Shown here: piece by piece, positions 1 to 8,081 of the stretch
How positions within the stretch are numbered: the first letter of the stretch is position 1
Layout of the letters: each line of letters starts with the position of its first letter
Assembly: GCA_963700145.1 (NCBI GenBank)
Contig: OY969474.1
Location: 5,280,001-5,344,000, forward strand
Length of the DNA stretch: 64,000 nucleotides
Direction: 5' to 3'
From: an uncultured Acidobacteriota bacterium
GTDB taxonomy: Bacteria; Acidobacteriota; Thermoanaerobaculia; Multivoradales; UBA5704
Translations under genes and position numbers: made by a program
Notes under the pieces: generated by a model
The model's input: only the letters and a program-made list of their open reading frames with translations
Database searches by the model: none
Told to the model about the DNA's origin: nothing

Positions 1-1
1 C

Positions 2-64
2 GACGAGCGCTTCGCCGCGCTCCTCGCCGAGCTGCGGCGGATGCCGCCCGCCGAGCCCCGGTGA
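2..64 (+). CDS. 3' end of an upstream gene (partial, runs off window)
   Basis: Open frame DERFAALLAELRRMPPAEPR* with host-like codon use; its TGA overlaps the GTG start at 61 (GTGA). Confidence 0.55.
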   Translation, partial: DERFAALLAELRRMPPAEPR

Positions 65-951
65 GCGCGGCCGCACCGGCGATCTCCGTCGTCGTGCGGA
101 CGCTCGGCTCCAGCCGCGTCGCCGAGGCGCTGGCGAGCCTGGCGCGCCAGACCCGGCGCGACTTCGAGGTCGTCCTCGTCGACATGAGCGGCGGCCGGAT
201 CGACGCCGCGCTGGAGCCCTTCGCGCCGGAGCTTCCCTCCTGCCGCCGGCTGGCGCCGGGCCGCCGCCTGTCGCGCCCGGCGGCGCTCAACGCCGGCGTC
301 GCCGCGGCGCGCGCGCCGCGCATCGGCGTCCTCGACGACGACAACCTCTACGACCCCGATCAGCTCGCGCGGCTGGCCGACTTCCTCGATTCGACGGGCG
401 CCGACTACGTCTATGCCGGCGTCCGGCACGCCACCTATACTGCCCAGGGCGTCCCCCTCGCCTGCCGCGAGGTGTCGGTTCCCTTCCGCCTCGACCTCCT
501 GCTCCTCGGCAACTACATCTACGCCACCGGCTCGCTCTACCGCAAGGCGGCCTGGGAGCGCGTGGGGGGCTACGACGAGCGCTTCACCGTCTTCGAGGAC
601 TGGGACTTCATCCTCCGCGTCGCGCAGGCGGGGAGCGTCGCGCACCTGCCGGGCATCGCCGGGGAGTCGAGCAAGTTCACCGGCCGCGACGATCTCGCCA
701 ACTTCGACCTGGAGCTCGCCGCCGTCCGCCGCTGCCTGGCCGGGGTCTACTGGAAGCACCGCCGCTTCTATCGCGGCGCGCTGCGGCATGAGCTGAAGAT
801 TGCCGCGGCGGAGCACTGCCGCCGGCGCGTGCCGGCGCGGCGGGGATTGCTGGCGCGGACCGTGGCGGGGTGGCGGCTGGAGCTCGCCCGAGACCTCGCG
901 GCCTGGTGGTGGGGCAACCTCACGGCGGCCGCCCGGCGGAGCGCCGGGTGA
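61..951 (+). CDS. Glycosyltransferase family 2
   Basis: ISVVVRT..., FEVVLVD, ALNAG, DxD-type LDDDN, GGYDE..FEDWDF motifs. Confidence 0.9.
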   Translation: MSAAAPAISVVVRTLGSSRVAEALASLARQTRRDFEVVLVDMSGGRIDAALEPFAPELPSCRRLAPGRRLSRPAALNAGVAAARAPRIGVLDDDNLYDPDQLARLADFLDSTGADYVYAGVRHATYTAQGVPLACREVSVPFRLDLLLLGNYIYATGSLYRKAAWERVGGYDERFTVFEDWDFILRVAQAGSVAHLPGIAGESSKFTGRDDLANFDLELAAVRRCLAGVYWKHRRFYRGALRHELKIAAAEHCRRRVPARRGLLARTVAGWRLELARDLAAWWWGNLTAAARRSAG

Positions 952-1733
952 CGGCGGCCGTGCTCGCCGACCCGGCGGTCCGGCGTCTCGTCGTCACCGG
1001 CCACCCCAATCACGAGCTGGCGATCCTCGGCCTCGTCCAGCGCCTCCGCCCGCGGCTCCTCTTTCTGACCGACGGCGGCGGCGCGCAGCGGGTCGCCGAG
1101 TCGCGGCAAGTCCTGAGCTGGCTCGGCCTCCTCGACCAGGCGCGCTTCCTGCCGCTGCCCGAAACGGCGCTCTACCGCGCGTTGCTCGACGGCGACCTGC
1201 CCTTCTTCGCCGCGCTCGCCGCCGAGGTGCGGCGGGAGATCGAGGCGCATGCGCCGGCGCAGGTGCTGTGCGAGAGCGTCGAGCACTACAACCCGCTCCA
1301 CGACCTGACGCTGCCGCTCGTCCGGGCGGCCACGCGCGGCATGGCGGGCGTGGACGTCATGGAGTTCCCCCTCATCGCGCAGCTCCCCGGCCCCGGCGAG
1401 CGCTACCGCGTGCAGCGGCTCCCCGTGGCCCGGCAGGGCGAGGCGATCGAGCTGCGGCTGACGGCGGCGGAGCTGGCGGCCAAGCTGGAGGCGCGCGACC
1501 ATCGCTACCCCAGTCTGCGAGGCCAGCTCGGGGGGGTGCTCGAATCGGTCGCCGACGAGGACGCCGGGTTGGAGGTCTTCGCGCCTGCCGCTGTGGCGCT
1601 CGCCGAGCCGGGACCCGCGGACGTCCTGCGCTACGAACAGCGCGGGCGGCTGCTCCAGAAGCGCGGCGAGGTGGAGCAGGTCATCACCTATCGCGAGCAC
1701 TACCTGCCGGTGGCCGCGGCGCTCACGATCTAG
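948..1733 (+). CDS. PIG-L/LmbE-like (deacetylase-fold) protein with variant motif
   Basis: GTG at 948 overlaps the upstream TGA; LVVTGHPNHE resembles the HPDDE motif; LFLTDG and NPLHD segments. Confidence 0.55.
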   Translation: MTAAVLADPAVRRLVVTGHPNHELAILGLVQRLRPRLLFLTDGGGAQRVAESRQVLSWLGLLDQARFLPLPETALYRALLDGDLPFFAALAAEVRREIEAHAPAQVLCESVEHYNPLHDLTLPLVRAATRGMAGVDVMEFPLIAQLPGPGERYRVQRLPVARQGEAIELRLTAAELAAKLEARDHRYPSLRGQLGGVLESVADEDAGLEVFAPAAVALAEPGPADVLRYEQRGRLLQKRGEVEQVITYREHYLPVAAALTI

Positions 1734-2303
1734 TTTGTCTGTGGGGCAGACCGCCTCTCTTCCAGCATCTGCACAAAGTGCTCAAGCAGGAGGTGGTGGA
1801 AGAACTTGTAGCTCCCCTCCGGTCTCTGAAGCAGTCCTCGGTCGGTTGCGTAGCCTAGGAAGGGGATAAATCCGCGAGGGACCCGCCCTCGCAAGCGCAG
1901 GATCGCCCGGATGGTGAAATGTTGCACGAAGTCGAGCCCACCGAACGCGAGGCCCACCCAGAGTATGAGCCAAGCCGACAGGCAGAGCCACAGAGAGGCT
2001 ATTCCAAAGGACTCTCGGCAATTCGGCCATAGGGTTCCACGCGGTGGCAATTAGGACCAAGGTAATCAGAATAATCCCACCTGTACCGCCGCGGAGTGCC
2101 CACCAGCCGGTGTTACGTAACGCTCTCCAGGTCCCTTCGTTGGGCCAGACTGTTTTCTTGAGGGGCTTCCCGGCGAAGCCGCCGATCGTGCCGCCGAGAA
2201 GGACGCCGAGCATGCCGAACAACGGGACGAACAGGAATGCGAGGGAGTGAATTGTGTGAAGCCTAGGGTTGGCGCGGGCGATGAAGCCGAGTGCCAAGGC
2301 TAC
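1730..2303 (-). pseudogene. Orphan C-terminal fragment of a NACHT-transmembrane protein (5' truncated, frameshifted)
   Basis: Two minus frames give ...KKTVWPNEGTWRALRNT... and ...GLAFGGLDFVQHFTIRAILRLRG...GSYKFFHHLLLEHF, homologous to the end of 3323-5932; frame switch near 1970. Confidence 0.85.
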
Positions 2304-3317
2304 GACTTCTCGGGGCTGAGCCGTACCGTCGTCACGCTCGCCCTGGCCGCGCCCGGCACCTTCCACGGCGTCATCGGCGCGCAGGGCGGCTTCCCCGGCG
2401 CGCGCCAGCCGGCGGCGAAGGAGCAGGCGCTGCCCTTCTTCGGCACCGTCGGCGACCGCGACTTCAACTACTACGAGATGCTGGAGCTCGACACGCGCCT
2501 CGAGGAGCTGGGCGTGCCGCACCGCATTGAGGTCTTCGACGGCAGCCATGAGTGGCCGCCGGAGGAGCTGGTGACGCTCGGGATGGGGTGGCTCGAGCTG
2601 CTGGCGATGCGCGACGGGCGGCGCGCCCCGGACGCCGCCCTGGTCGAGCCGCTCTGGAGCGCCGACCTCGCCAAGGCGCGTTAGCACGAGGCGGCGAGCC
2701 GGCTGTGGGCCGCCTGGCGGGCCTACAAGGCGCTCGCCGCCGATTAGCGCGGCCTGCGCGACACGGCCGACCTCGAGCGCAAGGCCGCCGAGCATGGCCG
2801 GAGCGAGGCGCTGCAGCGCGATCTGCGGGAGCGGGCGCGGCACGACCAGCGCGACCGCGAGGCGCTGGTGCGCGCGCCGGCCGCCTTCGAGGCGGCGGGG
2901 TTGGAGCCGCGACCCGGCGGCATCCAGAAGCTCCTCGCCGACCTCGAGGTGCCGATGCTCCAGGCGCGCAAGGAAGCGAGCGACCCGGACGAGCGCAAGT
3001 CCCGCGTCCTCTACGCCCACTACATGCAGGCCGGCATCTACCTGCCGCGGGCGGCGATGGAAGCGAAGCAGTGGGACCGCGCGATCTTCTTCCTCCAGAC
3101 GGCGGCCGAGATCGACCCCGAGAGCGGGCGCATCCCGTACCGGCTGGCGACGGCGTACGCGGGGAAAGGGGACCGGGAGGCGGCGCTCGTTGCGCTCCGC
3201 CGCGCAGTTAAAATGGGTGGCACCACCCGCGCCGAGCTCGAATCGGATCCCGCCCTCGCACCCTTGCGTGACGAAGAAGGCTTCCGCGCTCTGATGGCAG
3301 GCCTGCCGCGGCCCTGA
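2304..3317 (+). pseudogene. Alpha/beta-hydrolase (esterase-like) + TPR protein, 5' truncated, two in-frame stops
   Basis: One frame: FSGLSR (degenerate GFSGG), GVIGAQGGFP, GDRDFNY, FDGSHEWPP, then a TPR and DPALAPLR..F tail; TAG at 2682-2684 and 2745-2747. Confidence 0.8.
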
Positions 3318-3322
3318 CGGAC

Positions 3323-5932
3323 CTATCTGTCCCGCGATCCGTCCTCTGACTCGGCGAAGTAGCGGAGGAGCTGCGGATGGTAGAACTTGTAGCTGCCGCC
3401 GACCTGCTGGAGCAGGCGACGGTCGATCGCGTCGTCCAGGAACCGCACGAGCCCCGGGGGGAAACGGCCCTTCAGGCGCAAGATCGCACGAAGCGTGAAG
3501 TGCTGGGCGAAGTCGAGCCCTCCGAAAAGGAGCCCTATCCAGAAGCCGAACGCCAAGCTCACGCCCATCGCGATCGAGACGTCCTGCCAGTCGACAGGCT
3601 GACCTTGGCTCAGGTCGACGGCAATCAGCAAGGCCAGTGCGAGCGCCATGACGCCGCCGGCGCCGAGCGTCAGCACGGCGGTGTTGCCCAGGCCGCGCCA
3701 AGTGCCCTGGTTGGGCCACACGTTCCGCTCGAGTCGCCGTTTGCCGATGCGGCCAACCATCCCGCCGAGCAGCCCACCGAGGCCGACGAGGTAGGCGATC
3801 AGCTGTGACCACTTCCAGACTCCGAGGGCCCGCAGCGTCGGACTCATCAGAGCGAGCGCGGAGAACACCACGCCGACGAAGCCGCCCCAGAAAGCGCCGA
3901 GCCCGGCGCCACGCCAGGACCATCTCCCCCACTTGAGACTTTCGGCGACGTGCACGTCGTGCCGTGCGTCGCGCCGAGCGCCGCGGGATCCGAAGCCGAT
4001 TCCGACCCACCCGGCGAGCAGAACCGCCGCGATGAGAAATCCGCGATTTGTGGGGCCAAGACCCGTGAGTTGCTCCCCCCCCAGGAATTGGACGAAGAGG
4101 AGCAGCACCGCAACGCCGACGAAGACCAGGAGACCGCGTACGATCGGGTACCCCAAGCCCCATCTGGTGGCGCTGCCCCGCTGCCTCGAATGCCGCAGGG
4201 TGACGGCATCCACCCCGCCGGCGAGCGCTCCCGCCAACAGGCCCAAGAAGAGGATCCAGACGAGAGGGAAAGAGGAATAGAACCAGGCCAGCGGCAGAGC
4301 GATCAGGGCACCACCGATCGCTCGGGAGGCGAGAGCGTAGGCCCAGATCTCCGCGCGGCTGGCGAGCCAGGACGGCTGGAGGCGTTCGATCTGGAACAGC
4401 GATGGGTCGTGCTCGGCCATGCGGCGGGCGAGCCAGGACAGCACGCGCCGCGCCGCGGCCATACGACGACGGCGCTGCCGAATAGGTTCCTCCCGGTCCC
4501 GCCGCTTCCCCCGCCAGCGCCGCGGCAGCAAGCGGTTTGTATGAAGCGGTCGCCTCGTGGGGAGGCGAGGTGGGCGTTGCGGCTCCAGCGCCTTCTTGAC
4601 GTGCGCTGCCAGCACCTCCTCCTTTGTGGGGACGCCGATCTCCTCGCGCTGCATGTCGCGATACGTCCGCTCGAGGAGGTTGAGGAAAAACGGTGAGGCG
4701 GCAATCTCCCGTAGCTCGGCGCTCTCCTTGATCGCCTCACGCAACCCTGCCAGCTGTGGGCCGCCGCCGGCCAAGTAGTTGTGCACTTGAGCCTCCGTCA
4801 GCGGCTTTAGGACCAAGGCTTTCTCCAGACGCAACAGCAGCTTCTCGTACTCGTAGACATCCGTACGGCAGCAGACCGCAAGGCGCGCCTCGCCTCCCCG
4901 AGCGTCCAGGTAGTCGTTGATGGCGCCTACGCAGTCGTCCCGGAAGTCGGCGGCGACCTCGTCGAGTCCGTCGAGAAGCGGCAGGATTGCGTTCTGTCGT
5001 ATCCACTTCTTGGCCCGTTTTCCCGGCTCCCGGTAGTGCGTCCTGAGCTCGCCGACCATCCACTTGTGAAGCTGCGATGGCCACCCCCGCCATGAGCCGA
5101 GGTTGAAAACGACCGGAATGGGTGCTTCGGAGTTCGTCCGGGCCAGTCGACCCAGCTCCCGGGCGAGCTCCAGCAGGGCGATGGTCTTGCCTGCGCCCGA
5201 TTCGCCCATGATGAGCAGGCTTCTGTGCGTGAAAAGGTCGTGGATCGGCTCGGCGACTTGGAGGTCGGGTTCCGGCGGCGCGAGCGGAGAGACTGGAAGG
5301 GGCCGCCCGACCGCCTGCGGACGCTCTTCCCGCATGATCTCGATCCGGCGCCCCTCCGGTAGCGAGGGCAGGAGAACCCCTTCGAGCCAGTCCCCTTGGA
5401 CCTTCTTCCAGATAGCCATGAGCAGCCGGCGCTCTTCCGTTAACGAGGCATTCCTGTCCAGGTGATCTTTGATCGCCGCGTACACCTTCTCCGCGAGGTC
5501 ACTTGGGCTGTAGAAGGTCTTGAGCGTATGTCTGAGCTTTAGACCGTTCTTCATCTCGGCGAGACGATGTGCGGCCACTCCCTCGTCGACGTATTTGGAA
5601 GGCCATGTCGCCTGTAAGGAGTCGTGGGCCAGGAAGGCGAAGATCGGTCGGTCCAAGGTCTCTGCCGTGCGCAACTCGCGCTCGGTGATGGAGAAAGGGG
5701 ATCCAGGCGGCACGTGCCCATACCGCCAGGCGTAAACACCGACGAAGAAATTGGCGTTGACGACGTCCTGGATGCACGCCTCGACCGGTTCCTCACTGCG
5801 GCCGGGCATGGTTTCCATCCACAGCACCTCGAACCCTTTCTCGTCCAGCAGGTGCGCGACGGCTTCGCGGTAGGGCACCAAGTCATTCTGCGTGCTGGAG
5901 ATGAAGACTCTGTTGGCCATGGCGGGTGACAC
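3323..5932 (-). CDS. DUF4062 (TIR-like) - NACHT NTPase - multi-TM protein (bacterial NLR-like)
   Basis: VFISST..DL..YR / RYG / SITERE N-terminus; Walker A GESGAGKT; Walker B LLDGLDEV; Gly-rich TM helices; C-terminal VGGSYKFYHPQL. Alternative start ATG 5920. Confidence 0.9.
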   Translation of the reverse strand: MSPAMANRVFISSTQNDLVPYREAVAHLLDEKGFEVLWMETMPGRSEEPVEACIQDVVNANFFVGVYAWRYGHVPPGSPFSITERELRTAETLDRPIFAFLAHDSLQATWPSKYVDEGVAAHRLAEMKNGLKLRHTLKTFYSPSDLAEKVYAAIKDHLDRNASLTEERRLLMAIWKKVQGDWLEGVLLPSLPEGRRIEIMREERPQAVGRPLPVSPLAPPEPDLQVAEPIHDLFTHRSLLIMGESGAGKTIALLELARELGRLARTNSEAPIPVVFNLGSWRGWPSQLHKWMVGELRTHYREPGKRAKKWIRQNAILPLLDGLDEVAADFRDDCVGAINDYLDARGGEARLAVCCRTDVYEYEKLLLRLEKALVLKPLTEAQVHNYLAGGGPQLAGLREAIKESAELREIAASPFFLNLLERTYRDMQREEIGVPTKEEVLAAHVKKALEPQRPPRLPTRRPLHTNRLLPRRWRGKRRDREEPIRQRRRRMAAARRVLSWLARRMAEHDPSLFQIERLQPSWLASRAEIWAYALASRAIGGALIALPLAWFYSSFPLVWILFLGLLAGALAGGVDAVTLRHSRQRGSATRWGLGYPIVRGLLVFVGVAVLLLFVQFLGGEQLTGLGPTNRGFLIAAVLLAGWVGIGFGSRGARRDARHDVHVAESLKWGRWSWRGAGLGAFWGGFVGVVFSALALMSPTLRALGVWKWSQLIAYLVGLGGLLGGMVGRIGKRRLERNVWPNQGTWRGLGNTAVLTLGAGGVMALALALLIAVDLSQGQPVDWQDVSIAMGVSLAFGFWIGLLFGGLDFAQHFTLRAILRLKGRFPPGLVRFLDDAIDRRLLQQVGGSYKFYHPQLLRYFAESEDGSRDR

Positions 5933-6004
5933 CGGGGTTCCTCGATTGAGGTAAACCGCGGGTGGAGCGCGTTCCAGAAGTGTGGGAGGATCTTAACAAG
6001 AACG

Positions 6005-7375
6005 ATGCGAAAAGAGGTTCGGCTCGCGCTCCTCGCCTGCCTGCTGGTGGCGGTGAGTGAACCGGCCGCGGCGGCTGGAAGTCGCGTTGCGGCCGAAGTG
6101 GCCTTCTCCCATGGCGTCCTCTCCTTCCTGGAGGAGGACTACGACGAGGCCGTACGCCTCCTGGAGCAGGCGGTCCAGGAGGACCAAACGAACGGAACCT
6201 ACTTGCACTGGTTGGCGGTGGCGTACCTGCGCCTGGGGCGAGGCGTCGACGCGGAGGAGCGGCTCAAGCAGAGTCGAGATGCGACGCAACGGCCGGCCTC
6301 CGGCAGGTGGCGCGTGCGCGCCGATTTGCGGCGGGTGCGGGAGAGCCTCGAGCATGGTACGCCACTGCCCCAGCTTGCGGAACCGAAGATCGAGCTCGCC
6401 CACCGTTTCCCTAGCGGCGCGCCGCGCTGGGCGGGGGAGCTAGGCCTCCAGGCCGCCTACGACTCGAATCCGGGCCTTCTCGCCGAGGAGCTGGGTGTCT
6501 CGGTGCCCGGAGTCGCGTCTGGCGGCGTTCCCGGCGACGCTGCCACGCTCATCGACCTGCGCCTCAGCCATCGGCCGCTGTGGGACCGTCGCGGCTGGAG
6601 CGTGGGCATTGAGGTGGCGGGGCATGGCGTGCTGCACCCGGATCTCGACAACACCGATCTCGTGTCGGGGCGCGGCACGCTTTCCCTCGGCTGGGGGCGG
6701 AATCCTGGAGGCTCGGTCACCGGAGGGCTCGGCGGTGTGCGCATGCCGCTCGGCAACGGTCCCGCGGTGCTCCTCCAGGGTCGCGGCACCTATGCCCGTT
6801 TCGGCGGCGAGGAGCTGCTGCAGGCCCGGGAGGCGGCATTCACCGGTGTCCTCCGTACGACGACGCGAAGCGAGACGACCTTGGCCGCTGCGCTTCGGGA
6901 TCGCGAGTACGCCGCCGGCGCGGGAGCGCTTCGCGAGGGGGACGAGGACGAGATCTCCGTCGCTGTCCAGCAGGCCCGCTTCTTCGGTGGCCGCGAACGC
7001 TCCCTGCGGGTCGGCCTCGAAGCGGGCGAAATTCGCGCCGATCGGCCGTTGGCGGCCAAATTCGGGGAGGCGCGCGTCGAGGCCGGGCTGCCGGTCGCGG
7101 CGCGGTGCCGGCTCTTCCTCCATGCCGCGCTCCGCGCAGACCGCTACGACCATCCGGAATCCAACCTCGGGAGGCCCACTGGCCCGGGGAGAGACGACCG
7201 CATTTGGCGCGCGGGGATCGCGGGCATCTGGCAACCCTCTGCGGCTTCCCGGTTCGACTGGATCGCCCGCGCGGAGCACGTCCGCCGTCAGTCGAACGTC
7301 GAGCTCCCCGCCGGCTCCCCGCTCTTCGACTACGAACGGACCGTTCTGGCGCTGGGGCTGCGCTGGAGGTCTTGA
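6005..7375 (+). CDS. Outer-membrane protein: signal peptide + TPR + beta-barrel (DUF560/Slam-like or BBP2-like)
   Basis: Signal peptide, TPR helices, YDSN motif at barrel start, amphipathic strands, terminal FDYERTVLALGLRWRS. Confidence 0.7.
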   Translation: MRKEVRLALLACLLVAVSEPAAAAGSRVAAEVAFSHGVLSFLEEDYDEAVRLLEQAVQEDQTNGTYLHWLAVAYLRLGRGVDAEERLKQSRDATQRPASGRWRVRADLRRVRESLEHGTPLPQLAEPKIELAHRFPSGAPRWAGELGLQAAYDSNPGLLAEELGVSVPGVASGGVPGDAATLIDLRLSHRPLWDRRGWSVGIEVAGHGVLHPDLDNTDLVSGRGTLSLGWGRNPGGSVTGGLGGVRMPLGNGPAVLLQGRGTYARFGGEELLQAREAAFTGVLRTTTRSETTLAAALRDREYAAGAGALREGDEDEISVAVQQARFFGGRERSLRVGLEAGEIRADRPLAAKFGEARVEAGLPVAARCRLFLHAALRADRYDHPESNLGRPTGPGRDDRIWRAGIAGIWQPSAASRFDWIARAEHVRRQSNVELPAGSPLFDYERTVLALGLRWRS

Positions 7376-7377
7376 CG

Positions 7378-8079
7378 GTGCGACGCTACACGCTTCCGGT
7401 TCTGCTAGTGCAGTTTCTCCTCGGTATGGCGGGCGAAGCGGCCGCCCAGACCTCCCGCGTGGTAGGCAAAGTCATTGTCCGGAGGCCCGACGTCCGAGGA
7501 GAGATAGCGAGAAAGTCCGAGTTGCTGGAGTCGCGGTCTCCTATCGCGGACCGCATGCAGGTGGCCACCGAACGTTATGGGCGAGCGCGCATCGCGCTCG
7601 GCCAAGGCCAGCAGAGGCGAGGGTCCGTCGAGCTCGGGCCAGAGACCCAGGTCCGGTTTTTTGACTCTACCGTCCAAGGGCAATCGCCGGCGGCCGTGGG
7701 CCTGTTCCTGGGATTTGGCGATCTCAGGGCCATGTTCAGTGGGGGAGAGCCGGAAATCCAGCCGGGCGAGGGAGAGACGTGGATCCTGACCCCCAGCGGG
7801 GAGGTGATTCCCCTCGGCACGGACGTTTCCGTGCGGGTCGACCGGCGTGATGGCAGCACGCTCGTCGCGGTCGCAGAAGGGCGTGCGGTGGTGAGGTCCA
7901 AGATGGGATTCACGGTCGAGCTCGGGCCGGGGGAGTGGACCTATGTCCCGATCGATGGGCCACCGACGCCACCGCGGGTGATCCCTCCCGGCGACGGCGA
8001 GCCGCCACCCGGTTTCCCCGGCGACCCGTTCCCCGTCGATCCGCCGCAGCTCGACCTTCGCTTCGACCTCCCGAGGTAG
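7378..8079 (+). CDS. Secreted FecR-domain protein with Pro-rich tail
   Basis: GGAGG then GTG 7378; signal peptide; VELGPET, ILTPSGEVIPLGTDVSV, LVAVAEGRAVV are FecR-type motifs. Confidence 0.8.
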   Translation: MRRYTLPVLLVQFLLGMAGEAAAQTSRVVGKVIVRRPDVRGEIARKSELLESRSPIADRMQVATERYGRARIALGQGQQRRGSVELGPETQVRFFDSTVQGQSPAAVGLFLGFGDLRAMFSGGEPEIQPGEGETWILTPSGEVIPLGTDVSVRVDRRDGSTLVAVAEGRAVVRSKMGFTVELGPGEWTYVPIDGPPTPPRVIPPGDGEPPPGFPGDPFPVDPPQLDLRFDLPR

Positions 8080-8081
8080 CG

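Noticed and set aside
2682-2747. Two in-frame TAG codons as possible amber recoding or pyrrolysine
   Set aside because: Many intact genes here end at TAG at natural domain ends (e.g. 1733, 8079, 14850, 18657, 26731), and the gene is also 5' truncated, so decay is simpler.
1782-4163. 793-aa minus-strand ORF
   Set aside because: Mostly an off-frame or antisense shadow of real genes; only its last part (about 1970-2303) is real, as the NACHT-tail fragment.
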